DNA of 63,593 bases, filler included, from Lenisia limosa (Eukaryota; Protista; Breviatea): NCBI GenBank assembly GCA_001655205.1. It is 13 parts of 13 records of this genome, joined end to end, with 100 filler letters (N's around TTAATTAATTAA, not from the genome) between each part and the next. Parts side by side here need not be neighbours in the genome. Positions count along the whole stretch, not along the records: positions 30,298 to 37,649 come from LPNZ01007998.1; positions 37,750 to 43,305 come from LPNZ01006073.1; positions 43,406 to 45,441 come from LPNZ01001532.1; positions 45,542 to 58,082 come from LPNZ01003287.1; 9 more parts are not named here. One strand, given 5' to 3'. The notes under the pieces were generated by a model. That model was not told where the DNA came from, searched no databases, and was given only the letters and a program-made list of their open reading frames with translations. Positions 37,201 through 48,700 of the stretch are shown one piece after another. Position 1 is the stretch's first letter. The number at the start of each line of letters is the position of its first letter. The position numbers were made by a program, and so were the translations under genes.

Positions 37201-37530
37201 TTTCGAGAAATATATCGATATTTTAGCCCCGAAACCGAAATGACCTGTTTCCGATTTCGGTTTGGTTCGGTAAATTGATTATATTCGACAAAGTCGGCTT
37301 GGTAATTACCACGGATCCGTGCACTTAATTTTTTGAAGAAAATAATTGATAATAATTAAAAAAAAGTGTTTACATTACAATGTGTCGCACTTCAAATTGT
37401 ATTAATTACGGAACCGGACCGAAGTGAAAAACTACCTACATTACTCCCTTTCGATCTTTACAACACACTCCCCTCCCTCCCTCACTTGTCTGTCAATTCG
37501 TAGTACGTCGTCTTTCACGTGTTCCATATT
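31240..37530 (-). CDS. Hypothetical coiled-coil protein (partial, many exons)
   Basis: Exons MEHVKDDVLRIDRQ, VDKLTETSDRIAPIVDNLEAK, KDIDTLVNGYQAARESN, VHDLSVRIQKCADVQRIEDVEK|LLRRCEVEIGGLATRSQSSEERIAQNQTQ and LGEHVDRLDAQIK|VLAQTKADQRDVEEQLETK. Confidence 0.55.
32429..32525. mobile_element. MITE family A
   Basis: TA-GGGCTTCACTTCG...CGAACCGAAGTGAAGCCC-TA, intronic. Confidence 0.88.
32556..32639. mobile_element. MITE family A, second copy in the same intron
   Basis: TA-GAGCTTCACTTTCGGTTCC...GGAAACGAAAGTGAAGCTG-TA. Confidence 0.8.
32740..32830 (-). repeat. Family D1 element at an intron acceptor
   Basis: Minus strand ...ATTTCCTTCGTTTTACTCCCTCCCCCACAG|ACTACTG; the same intron begins GT followed by a G-run. 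Confidence 0.8.
33623..33719. mobile_element. MITE family A
   Basis: TA-GAGTTTCACTTCGG...CCGAAGTGAAGCCC-TA. Confidence 0.85.
33762..33938. mobile_element. Family B element, longest copy seen
   Basis: TATAGCAATGAGAAATAAAAA..GGCCGAAGCCGTCCACAC..TTACAACTCTGTGCACACAGCTTT..GCGTGCCTCCCC..GACAATAG; no TIRs. Confidence 0.8.
34128..34200 (-). repeat. Family D2 element at an intron acceptor
   Basis: Minus strand GTGTGTTGTCAGCCAACAAAGTTGATTTTGGGC...TTTCCAATTTACCCCCCCTCCCCAG|GTTGAC. Confidence 0.8.
34637..34719. mobile_element. MITE family A
   Basis: GGGCTTCACTTCGGTTCG...GAACCGAAGTCAAGCCC-TA. Confidence 0.8.
34890..34980. mobile_element. MITE family A
   Basis: GGGCTTCATTTCGGTTCG...CGAACCGAAGAGAAGCCC. 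Confidence 0.75.
36950..37030. mobile_element. Family B element with a flanking direct duplication
   Basis: B head lies between two copies of ATCAYGCTTCCAGGAGATATT (36919 and 37006). Confidence 0.7.
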
Positions 37531-37562
37531 CCTGTAGTGTGAGAAAAAAGTCTGGGTTCAAA

Positions 37563-37592
37563 TTCATCATCATCATCATCACCGTCATCACT

Positions 37593-37649
<57 letters not shown>
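37563..37649. repeat. (CAT)n microsatellite
   Basis: Long ATC/CAT trinucleotide run reaching the scaffold end; could be a poly-Asp exon on the minus strand. Confidence 0.9.
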
Positions 37650-37749
37650 NNNNNNNNNNNNNNNNNNNNNNNNNNNNNNNNNNNNNNNNNNNNTTAATTA
37701 ATTAANNNNNNNNNNNNNNNNNNNNNNNNNNNNNNNNNNNNNNNNNNNN
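37650..37749. other. Artificial scaffold spacer
   Basis: 44N-TTAATTAATTAA-44N. Confidence 0.97.
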
Positions 37750-38067
37750 TTGCAGTTTGACTTTACCCCCACCCACTGGCTTTTCTGTGACTCCAAAAAG
37801 TTGGACATAAAGGCATCATGAATCCTGGAAAGCGTCAAAAAATAAAAAAGCAATACATAGACATTCTTACAAGAGCATGAAAATTGGTTACAGTATCCCT
37901 ATGTATTTATTTGTTTCCCTAGATTTCAAATGTAAACATATTAAAAAAAACAGTTCTTACATTTCAGATTTGCTGAGGAGGGAGAATCGGGTCCCTTCAT
38001 TTTTGTGCATGTTCAGGAAGTTCTCACTAGGGAGTAAGATTAAGGCCTCACTCGAGTCTGAATATAA

Positions 38068-38150
38068 CGCAACGAGAAATAAAAAATAAGGTTGTATCTC
38101 GCCGAAGCCGTCCATACCATCCCGCTTATAAGATATATTGGATTATAGAA
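38068..38150. mobile_element. Family B element
   Basis: GCAACGAGAAATAAAAAATAAGGTTGTATCTCGCCGAAGCCGTCCATACCATCCCGCTTATAAGATATATTGG. Confidence 0.75.
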
Positions 38151-39659
38151 AAATATTAGTTCACTGTGAAATAATACATATCGATATAATACTAGTATGT
38201 AAAGTGCATCATTCCGATCCACTGTAATCAAGTCTGAATATTAATCCTCCTATAATATCGCATTACCCCCCCCCCCCCCNNNNNNNNNNNNNNNNNNNNN
38301 NNNNNNNNNNNNNNNNNNNNNNNNNNNNNNNNNNNNNNNNNNNNNNNNNNNNNNNNNNNNNNNNNNNNNNNNNNNNNNNNNNNNNNNNNNNNNNNNNNNN
38401 NNNNATAAAGTGATGTTTTTTTTTTTCTTTTCAGAAAAGTTTCTGATAATAGGACCACAAAAGAAGGCGGTAAAAAATGTACACAAGCAATGAGAAATAG
38501 AGATAGAGAGAAAAAAAAAAGAGGAACATAAGAAATCGAGAAAATGATGAGAAACAGAAGAAAAAAAACATGATCACTAGAGAAAATGACCAGAAATATT
38601 CTGTATTCCAAGGTTGGATGAATTAAGATTATAATGTCTAAACAATGGCCAAAAAAAAGCGAGAGAATCAAGAAACAAAAGAGATAACGGTGTTGAGTTA
38701 GCCTTTATTGAGCTTGGTATCGTTGTGCATTGAATCCCCGTTTACATCGCACTTTCTCCAGGTTGAATCCGGTTTAACATTTCAATCATCCCCCCCCCTC
38801 TTATTTGCTAATGCCCGCTTTGAGCCATAACTTAATATTCCCTTTCGCAGGTTGCCGGTTCTTACTATCACGCGTTGGTGAATGACAAAAAACAAAAGCT
38901 TCCATCCTCGTGGCTTACTGTCAACTTCAGACGGTAGGGGAGATCTTATGGAATTCTATTCAATGTGTTGAATAATACCCATCTAGCTTCCCTCGTCCCT
39001 TCTTGACCCCCCCCCCCCCNNNNNNNNNNNNNNNNNNNNNNNNNNNNNNNNNNNNNNNNNNNNNNNNNNNNNNNNNNNNNNNNNNNNNNNNNNNNNNNNN
39101 NNNNNNNNNNNNNNNNNNNNNNNNNNNCGTAATTTTGTTTTTGCAACTTTCCTCCCCCTTTTTTTTTCAATTTTGTAGTGATATGCGCCCTCACGCAGTG
39201 ACAGAGATTGTTAACAAGGCGATGAAGTATCCCTAGTATGACTCACAAAAGGCAAATGGGTACACTGTCACTATGACCCGCTCCTTGTGGACATAAATGT
39301 GTATGAAAAGAGGGAGAAACATACCGTCCCCTTGTTTACCCAGTGGTTTCCCACAATTACCTCCATGCACTCTTCACACATTATCCAGTTAAACGCTTGG
39401 CCATTCGGTTTGTCGTACAAATTTACCAGGACAGTTCCAGTTTCCTGCTGCGATGACGACAGCCACTGCGTCAGCCACGCGGGGAAAAGCATCAACCTCA
39501 CCGTTTCCCAGCTCAACCGCCTGGTGGATTCGCCGGGTACCAGCAGATTAAATGAGCGCCCGGCCCACATTGGGCGTACTACGCAGTCAGTTGCCGACTT
39601 CAGTTTCTAAAAATAGAAATAACATTCACAATTTCAAAATATTGAAATAACATTGAGAT

Positions 39660-40072
39660 TCACGGATTTTTCGACGATCCGTCGGCAAAGACCCTGCGAC
39701 CACCCGTTCCCGTCCGGTTCTATATCTTCCAGTCAGAGGACTACGCACGGCGGTTCAGCAAGTGTTGCCGGCGTAATAACGCGGCGGCCGACAGCAGCGT
39801 TGCCTGGTCGCCCTGCCTGTTGAAGCAGAGCCTGCTGGAGTCGCTGGCATTGGCCGCCGACAGACAAGCGTTCCACACCCTGGTAAGCGGCCTGGACCTC
39901 CACTTGAGACCACATTCGCGGACCGTGTCGAAAAAGGCCTGGGCCAAGCTGCCGTCTTCGGTGATCAGCTACTGGCTGGCGCGACTAGCCACGGCCGAAG
40001 GACGCACGCGCGTCAGCTGGACTACCCCTACATACTGCCCACCCGAAAAAAGCTGTAATTTTGACGTAAGTG
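39660..40072 (+). CDS. Long GC-rich hypothetical exon
   Basis: About 135 uninterrupted codons with high GC3 (IHGFFDDPSAKTLRPPVPVRFYIFQSEDYARR..SVISYWLARLA); strand not certain. Confidence 0.35.
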
Positions 40073-40351
40073 TTGATTTGTTTTTTTATATATCGTATAT
40101 TTCATGCATCCACCAGAAGTTTCTTTTCAGTGGCAATTAATCTAAGAATAAAAGCAATATTGGCATATTGGCAAGCAGAAAAGTAATATTGGCAAGAAGA
40201 AAAGCAATATTGGTAAGAAGAAAAGCGATAAGATGGCCAAAAAAAGCGAAAAGCGATAATGCAAGAAAAAAAAGCCAAAGCCCACGACCCACAGATTGAA
40301 GGATTTGACCGTAGGCATATGAGGAGAAATACCTGGAGTGGTTAGGGATTA

Positions 40352-40428
40352 GGGCCTCACTTCGGTTCGGAAAAATATTGATAGATTTTGAGGATTTATC
40401 AAGAAATTCAGGAACCGAAGTGAAGCCC
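40352..40428. mobile_element. MITE family A, internally shortened
   Basis: TA-GGGCCTCACTTCGGTTC...GAACCGAAGTGAAGCCC-TA. Confidence 0.8.
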
Positions 40429-40507
40429 TATTAGGGATGAGAGGGGGGAGTGGGAGAGATTCAGTTCCCAGGTCAACAAATTTAACTGCAAAAAAAACAC
40501 ATTTTTT

Positions 40508-42655
40508 ACCCACTGTTGAGATTCAGTGTCGTTTTGAGCAAAGGCGTCGAATCGAATCTGGCCCAAACCGTGTCGAGGGGGAACCAGGCCAAGTAACACG
40601 GACGTTGTGTATACCAGGTCTATTACGGTCAAAAATTGGTGTGACATTGCGATGAGGAGGTATACGAAGGCATATGTACAAAGATGAGAAATAAAAATTG
40701 TTATTATGCTGGCCAAAGCCGTCCACTCCATCACATAGTATAAGAACAAAATTAAAAGAGCAAAAAGAAAAATAAAACACGATTGAGCTCACACATCGAG
40801 AATATGCGCAAATACAAGAATAAAACAAAATGACACGTCCTCATGTAAAAATGTCCGTAATACTTGTTTTAGAAGCAGATGTTTAGCCAAGGGTCATAGT
40901 CAGAATTATACCGTAGAAGAAAAGTCGATTTGCCCCTATCGGCCTAGAACTCACCTTTGAGATGCAATTTAAAGAATAAAACAAAGTCGCACATCCTCAC
41001 CTTTAAGATGCATCTCTAAACGAAAGCCATTCCTAAGTTGTTACTTTCAGAATTCTTATAAATATGAATCATGAAAAAGAATAGCTATTACACAAGAAAA
41101 GCCACAAAGCGATCTAACCCCTCCCATCCCCACTTGATACCCGGGCCGAACATGCCAAAAACGGGGTGACGTGCCCCGTGCGCGCGGCCTCCATGTCCGC
41201 CTAAATTGGCGTGGCCTGGGGGGGAGGGGATAAAATGGAAAATTGATGAAACAAAAAAAAAATCAACTCTGCTGGTATGGCTTATAAGAGATATGATATG
41301 GATTATCAACTCTGCTGGTATGGCTTATAAGAGATGATATTAGATTATCAACTCTGCTGGTATGGCTTATATGATATTGGATTATCAACTCTGCTGGTAT
41401 GGCTTATAAATAAGAGATATGATATTGGATTTTAGAATAATATTATTTTACCAATCATATGCCTTACAACTATGTTTACACAACTTTCTGCGTGCCTCCC
41501 CATATATTATATAGCAAATAAAAAATAAGGATGTATCTGCAAATCGGTCAAGAACACCCACCATGGTCACCAAAAATCACGACCAGTGTATCATTGTGCT
41601 TCGGTATTTTGGCAATTGTTGAGAGAACATCTTCAACTAAACAGTGTTAATATTAGATGGGAAAAGCTCCTTTATTGAACAAGGTGTTCATGTCATTGTA
41701 TCAAACCCAAAACGACATATCTAGTTAAGTCGGTCAAGACTTACCATGGACACTGGATATTGTAATATATGATATTATAAGCTATATAGCTATATGATAT
41801 AATGAGTATATTACTGTATATTTGAACTTCTTACACATAAAACATCAACATCATATATAATAATTGTATGTATTAGTAATATCACATTATGATACTAGTA
41901 TTACAATGTAAAAAGAGCTATACAGAGCACACGGTTTTATATCAAATATGCCATGATATGTCAATATCTATTCATATTCTTCAAAAAAAAAATAGATAAA
42001 AAAAAAAGAAGAATGACTGACCCAATTTATCCGTGTGTAGAAGAGCATCGCTTTATTATCATAATATCATACGCATATAAGCGTATATATAAAATAAAGA
42101 AATAGTATGAGGTACTACATACATTCATACAGTATAAACTACTTTGATACACAATGTATCTTTCCTCAACTTACCCAGTTTATCCGCATTAAAAATTGCA
42201 TCAACCTACCCAGTTTTTCTGTATTTAAAATTATATCAACTTACCCAGTTTATCCGTATGAAGAAGAGCATCGACTGCAGTATCGGAGAAGGTGCCAAAC
42301 TGATGCATGGCATGATCGTTGGCTGACAAGTGCAGGAGAGAAAAGTACGGTAGACTGTTGAAATGTTAAATCTGAAGAGGAAAACGAAATACTTTCTAGG
42401 GATATAAAATAACACAAATGAATAAAGAGAAGTAGAAGTATGGGGGGCTATTGAAAGGTTTAATAGGGTTCAAGAGAGAGAAGTGGGGTAGTAAGGTGCC
42501 TAAATTAGGGTTTCAATTCGGTTCAAAAAACCCCTGTAAAATATCAATAGTTTTCGAAGATTTATCGAGAAATTCGGTTTTTTATCGATAATACCCCCCC
42601 CCCCACATATCGGCAGTCAGATGCTTCTTGACGAAGGTGGTGTGCGCTTCATCAT
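40508..42655 (-). CDS. Alkaline phosphatase superfamily enzyme (type I phosphodiesterase / GPI-EtN-P transferase-like), partial
   Basis: NDHAMHQFGTFSDTAVDALLHTDKL|VEDVLSTIAKIPKHNDTLVVIFGDH|GHANLGGHGG; metal-binding DH.xH and GDHG motifs. Confidence 0.75.
41218..41275 (-). repeat. Family D2 element at an intron acceptor
   Basis: Minus strand AGAGTTGATTTTTTTTTTGTTTCATCAATTTTCCATTTTATCCCCTCCCCCCAG|GCCAC, splitting the GDH-G motif. Confidence 0.75.
41260..41410. repeat. Four-copy tandem repeat of about 40 bp, chimeric D2/B
   Basis: ATCAACTCTGCTGGTATGGCTTAT(AAGAGATATGATATTGGATT) x4. Confidence 0.85.
42166..42256. repeat. Three-copy 35-bp duplication of a splice donor junction
   Basis: TCAAC(T/C)TACCCAGTTT at 42166, 42201 and 42236. 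Confidence 0.85.
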
Positions 42656-43305
42656 CTTTTAAATAAACACTCTGCCCTGATTTGCCTTGCCTAGATTGTG
42701 AGAGAGAAAAAGGAATGTGATAGAGGGTGGTCATCCAAGATATCATATAGTATACAAAAAAATCATATAGTATAGTATGTATATATAGTACATGATAATG
42801 ATATATATATAGGTGGACCAACAAAACCGCGCCCACTAACATAACCGCGCCACTTTTTGAAAAACCATGTTTCTTTGGACAAAGTCCGGTTAAATAAGGG
42901 CATCTTTTCATTATTATTCCAAAATAAGCTTCAAAAAGTAAGAATGAGAGTTTTTTTTTTGTTGGAATTTTCTAGAAAATAGTCTCTTAAAAAAAATAGT
43001 TCAGTTCATTCCCTTTTCTCCCTTTTTTTTCTTGAAGAGGCCTTTCATTTGAGTGTCAAGATCAAAAATATTGTAAGTGGGGAAAGTGTCGGGATAATTT
43101 GCTATGTCCCTTAGCTTTCATTTCCTATTTTTTTTTTTCAAAAAATATTATATTTCTGTTGAGTTATGATGTTCAACATATTACCAATCAACTTTGAGAA
43201 TTGACCCGCTTTTTGAAATAAATGACCCGCTTNNNNNNNNNNNNNNNNNNGATGTTATTGACCTTTTTTCAGGTATAGTCGGTCAAAATCAGACTTTTTG
43301 GCCTA

Positions 43306-43405
43306 NNNNNNNNNNNNNNNNNNNNNNNNNNNNNNNNNNNNNNNNNNNNTTAATTAATTAANNNNNNNNNNNNNNNNNNNNNNNNNNNNNNNNNNNNNNN
43401 NNNNN
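43306..43405. other. Artificial scaffold spacer
   Basis: 44N-TTAATTAATTAA-44N. Confidence 0.97.
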
Positions 43406-43409
43406 CCAG

Positions 43410-44248
43410 GCCTGTGGCACTATCAACCTCGTTACCATCCCCTGCGACAGATTTTCCGGACACTCCAAGGTTGGAAGGGGGGGGGGGAGTATTGATGCAT
43501 ACTCTCTGCAAAATGTTATTACAGCCCCATGTATATTATACTTATCATGAGCACTTGTAGCATTATATTAGAACACAGAAAGTGCACAGGGCAGGGTGAA
43601 TAATTAAATTCTTCATATTACTTACCCTTTAAATCGTTTCGTTTTATAAACCCTTCATATTACTTTAATAACAAACCTAGGGCTACGCCTACATCGAGTT
43701 CGCCGAGAAGGAGGCTGTTCAGCATTCCCTCATGCTGACTGAGACTCCTTTCAGAAACAGAAATCTTAAGGTGGGAGGGAGGTGATATATCTCCACTTAC
43801 CCCCTCAATAATTCGTACACATTTTTCTTCAAACTTGTGTTTTGTTAGCCAACACAGTTGATTTTGGGCGTTTTTTGTTTCATAATTTCCCATTTTACTC
43901 CATATATAACCCCCCTCTCCCCCAGGTTGTTGCCAAGAGAACAAATGTGCCTGGTATGACAGCCTCTCGCGGCCGTGGAAGAGGTGTGTTTTTTGAATGA
44001 TGCTTTGAAAGACCATGTGTTTAGCCATGAGTTGATTCTGGCCTTAACCGTGTGTTTCGCAGTTGTTTAGCCAGTGATTCTGGCCTCATAAATTTCCAGT
44101 CAACAGGGTTGATTTTTTTTTCTTTTTTCTTTTCTTTTTTTCTTTCAATTTTACTCTCCCAGGACGTGGAGGATTCAGACGGGGTTCAAGAAGGCCATTC
44201 AGCCCTCGTCGCAGCCGCTTTAGAAACCCCCGTTTTGCCCCTTATTAG
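43410..44248 (+). CDS. PABPN1: Nuclear poly(A)-binding protein, RRM and RG-rich tail (5' partial)
   Basis: ACGTINLVTIPCDRFSGHSK|GYAYIEF..FRNRNLK|VVAKRTNVPGM..RGRGR|GRGGFRR..RFAPY*. Confidence 0.92.
43835..43925 (+). repeat. Family D2 element at a PABPN1 intron acceptor
   Basis: TTAGCCAACACAGTTGATTTTGGGCG...ATTTTACTCC...CCCCCTCTCCCCAG|. Confidence 0.8.
44095..44162 (+). repeat. Family D2 element at the next PABPN1 intron acceptor
   Basis: AGTCAACAGGGTTGATTTTT...TTCAATTTTACTCTCCCAG|. Confidence 0.7.
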
Positions 44249-44599
44249 CTCCTTTGCTCTCCCTGTCCGTCTATGTCTTGTTTTTTTTCGTTAGTGTACA
44301 AATTCCACTGGTTCTTTCGGAGTGCTTCAGCAATTCTGTGAATGATAATTTTGGGTATTATACTGCAAAAACAAAAAAAAAATACAGACGATAAAGGAAG
44401 TCGTGGCACAATGAAAATTTAGATCAAGAGTGATCAAACCTGACAAGAGCCTGGTTGGAAAAAATAGAGGCCTTTTTTTCTCTCTATTTCTATTGAATTC
44501 ATGTACATAGGGCTATTTGAGAACAAGTAAAACCACAGAAGAGACAAGAGAAGCACATCACACACTCTCCTTCGTTCTTTCTATCCTTGTATACGCACA

Positions 44600-45436
44600 A
44601 TGGATGCAGCTAGCGTAAGACTCTGTTTATACGACACATTATTAACGTATTAGCAACAGAAAGAGGAGAGACACGCTCTTATCGATGGCTGCTCAAGGGG
44701 TGGTACTGACTTTCTCAAGGTATGCGGCCTTTCATCGTCCCTATGACAATAATATATTAATATGTCACAAAAATGCGGTATATTGTAAAGTAAGACCACT
44801 GACATACTCGCTTTATCTGTTTTTGAACCTGATCAATTTCTGATCTCCTTAGACGTTCTACCAAATCTACGATATCAACCGTCAGGTAAGCCTGGTCAAG
44901 CTTGTCCCACATCTACGCCTAAAGCGATTCCGGTGGTACAAAGATTAAGGCCTATCAACAAGAAAGCAAAACTCTCATGTCGACGTTTGTTTTGATTGCA
45001 AAATCGTATACGCAGGCTTACAGCGTGATTGTTTTAAGAACAATAATGTTGGATGTATCTGTAAAATATCGATATTTATCGAGGATTTATCGAGAAATTA
45101 AGGGGTCTGTGTAATAGTTTCTGGTCACTTCTGGTATCATTGCAGTGAAAGAAATTTTGGGATAATAACCTGTCTGAAGAAGAGCTATTGCAATAGTGTC
45201 AACTATAACGACCAGCATTCATCACCATCACCATCTTTCACCATCATCATCACACAACATCAAAAACAAGTCTCCCTCACCTTCCCAGATGCTAACCAAG
45301 GCCTTTCGAGAAGAAACCGTCTTCATCTTCAACGGCAATCAAGTAGCCACCCAGCGTGAATCATTGTCACAATTTTTCAACACCCTTCCCGCGACCGTAC
45401 ACGATGTCAAAACTTTTGACTGCCAACCCGTTATCA
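44600..45436 (+). CDS. NXT1: NTF2-related export protein p15 (3' partial)
   Basis: MDAAS|KEERHALIDGCSRGGTDFLK|TFYQIYDINRQ|MLTKAFREETVFIFNGNQV..FFNTLPATVHDVKTFDCQPV. Confidence 0.85.
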
Positions 45437-45441
45437 GTGGG

Positions 45442-45541
45442 NNNNNNNNNNNNNNNNNNNNNNNNNNNNNNNNNNNNNNNNNNNNTTAATTAATTAANNN
45501 NNNNNNNNNNNNNNNNNNNNNNNNNNNNNNNNNNNNNNNNN
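45442..45541. other. Artificial scaffold spacer
   Basis: 44N-TTAATTAATTAA-44N. Confidence 0.97.
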
Positions 45542-45716
45542 GGGGGGGGGGGGCATTCAACCGCTGGATCTCTATGGTCCTGGTTTCAATAGAGATTACT
45601 GCAAAAAAAAAAAAAAATCTAATTCGGGACTTTCTTTTGTCATATGCATCAAGACACAATCCGAATATGACAACACCAGGCAAAACCCCTCGAAAAAGGT
45701 AGTACTCTCCACTCAC

Positions 45717-48700
45717 GAGTCAACATAGAAGTTCAGACGAATAGCGTCCTCAGCATCACGTCGGCCCTTAAGAGCCTCATGGTACCTGCGGTTATTATAT
45801 ATAGAAATGAGAAAGAAAGCAAGGTTAAATCTGAGTGAAGCCGTCAGCACCATTACACTTATAAGAGATATCCATACTCATAAGAGATATTGGATTACAT
45901 AATAATATTCAATCACTCAATCATTGACCTTATAACTCTTACAGTTTATCTCTTAACAAGGCAATGCACCCCTATCCCCATGTTCTTTTATCCTTAGATT
46001 ATACCTGTACTACATGTACCGTACCTTATTTGCATATAGTAAGGTATTGTCTGTTCTTACAACCTAGGTCACCATACCTCCTGCTGAAATGCTGGGGGTC
46101 CTCAGCGTCAAAACAGACCTGGAAACGGGGAATCTGAACAAGGGTAACGGAATGACATGACATACATACATACAGTGAAAACATACAGCAAATCGGTCAA
46201 GACTTATCCCAGTCACTGTACACATAACACAAAAAATCCCCCAGAAACAACGCAACCCCTTCACCCACATCGACAAGGGTGTCCAAGGAATGCTCAAACG
46301 AAAGGCTGTAAGTCTGCTGCTGTTCATTCCAGGCACGGACGCGGCAGGGCTTGAATTCACCAGGAAGAGACGAGAGGTCTAGAGCCTAGCAAGGTTAATA
46401 TCATATCATATGATAGTACTGAAATGTATATAACGTATATAGTATATGTAATATAATATATAAACTATATATCATCTATAGTATCTGACCGAAGCGTAGA
46501 CACTATCACACTTCTCAGAGATACAGGAATATCTATATATGCATAGTATAATATATGGAAATAAAATAATAAAGATGTATCTGGCCGAAGTCGTCCACAC
46601 CATCACGCTNNNNNNNNNNNNNNNNNNNNNNNNNNNNNNNNNNNNNNNNNNNNNNNNNNNNNNNNNNNNNNNNNNNNNNNNNNNNNNNNNNNNNNACAAC
46701 TCTGTGCACACAGCTTTCTGCGTGCCTCCCCAGCAGGACAATAGGTAAATAGGAAGAAAGGAGAGATACTGAATACCACCACCACCACCTTAGCAGGTGC
46801 CACCCCCACCTTAGCAGGGACATACGCGGCCGGACTGTCTTGAGCTTGTTCGATCCACTCATTGGGTTGTCTGCTTTCCGTCACGGTACTCACGAAGGGC
46901 TCGAGGGGCAGGAAGGCTGGGAAGGGGCTTTCTCCCTAAGGTGTTATTAAGGCTTTAGTTCGGTTCAAAACAAGTAAGGATATTTATCAATGAACTATCG
47001 AGAAATTCGTCAGTTATCGACCATCAAAGTGTTTCAATAGAGACTGCTGACAAGATATAATAACTGACAATATATAATAACTGCTCCGATCCCCCCTCCC
47101 AACCACTCAATATTAAGAGTTAATCCCCCCCTCCCAACCATGGCCAAGAGTTGCTCGTTAGTGGGTTTGGTCACGTCAACGCCAATGCTAAACAAATGAA
47201 GGGGGGAGAAAAAGAAAATATTTGATTCCGCCAAAATAAAAACTCTAAAGTGAGAGGTTCGCGCGATTTACCCTATGTCTCAACATAACCCACTATTTGA
47301 GCTCACTTGCTAAGGTGTGCAATAGATTTAAGGAGTGTGGGCGCAGAAGCATGGTAATTTGTTGATGGTATCCCTATGTATTTATTTGTTTCCCTAGATT
47401 TCTAATGTATACTATTTCTCTTGTATAAAAAGCGGTTTGATAAGGAACAATAGAAAAGGCCTCCCAAGTACCTGAGAAGGAGTTCACCAATGTTAACACT
47501 GCAATATTCACGCTTCTTCCTGCAGGATGTTACCTCGAATAACCGCAGTACGCTGCAACAAAAAAAAAGTGGAAAATGAAGTCTCATATTCTACTCATTG
47601 TATTTTTCTGTATTATTCTGTAGCAAAAAAAAACCACTCCGTTCCAACCGCTCAATTTCAACTCTGCGAGGTGCGGCGCCGGGAGGGGGGTCGTGCCGGG
47701 CTTTCACAAGGGGCTCCACAACCCTCTGGGCTGGCTCTTCCTAATTTCGTGAAGTGGCTTCGCGTGAGACATATTGCCATGGAAACTCCATTTCACACAC
47801 TTAAATTTCAAAATTTTGTCAATTAATGTCTTCAAAAAAGTAATCGCACAGAGTCATCTTTGCGTTTTTTGGAATATTAAACAAAACCTTGTTTTGGCAA
47901 TCCTTCACCTCAAATGAGTCAATTATGCTATTGTTTACATCATAGACGATATAGTATTACAGCTACCCATTGCCAAAACCCCCTTTACGGGGTTGAAAAT
48001 GTCTTCCACGGGAGTGATCGATATTGAAGCCTTGTGGGCGTTTCTCTGGGGGGTTGTCGGCAGAATCACTGATTGTCTAAAGGGCATTAAGGGCTAAATG
48101 GTTGTCGAAAGCGCATGAAAGCAGATTATATACATGTAGTTCCAAAACCTGGCTCGATCGAAGGATAAAAAGAACCATAACCTAATTTGCAAGAACAACA
48201 GTTACGAATGTCATATGACCAAAATCAAGAAAAAAAGTTGTAAAAATATGAAACATCTTGATATCCTAAAAAAACTACCATGAAAATTCCCAGCACTGCT
48301 CAAGGCGATAGAACATGTTTAGGGCTACCTATGTTTGTACCTATGTTTGTACCTATGTTTATACCTATATTTATATAATGTAGATAAGGGAAGTCGGTAA
48401 AAGGGACCCGTACAAACCTCAAATGGCCCGCGCCGGAACTATGGTCGGTATAGGCAGGAGGTGCTCCGGGGGTCTGGGGGGTACTTTGTGGGGCTGAATT
48501 GTCAAGAGAAAAAAGCAGTGTGGGCTTAAACAACATCGTTATCAAGGGGAGTTGCTTCGAGTACAGCTGAAACATTAAAAACTGATATTGCAAGACTATG
48601 ATCTCTGCCGGGCAAGAATACTGCCTGTCTTGCCATAAGAAGCAGTGAAAGTTTCAATCTTGATCTGCATCCCCGGGCACCCTTGGGTTCAGGGCTAGTA

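Noticed and set aside
41260-41410. CRISPR-like repeat/spacer appearance
   Set aside because: The spacers are near-identical to each other, the context is a eukaryotic intron and there are no cas genes; it is a minisatellite.
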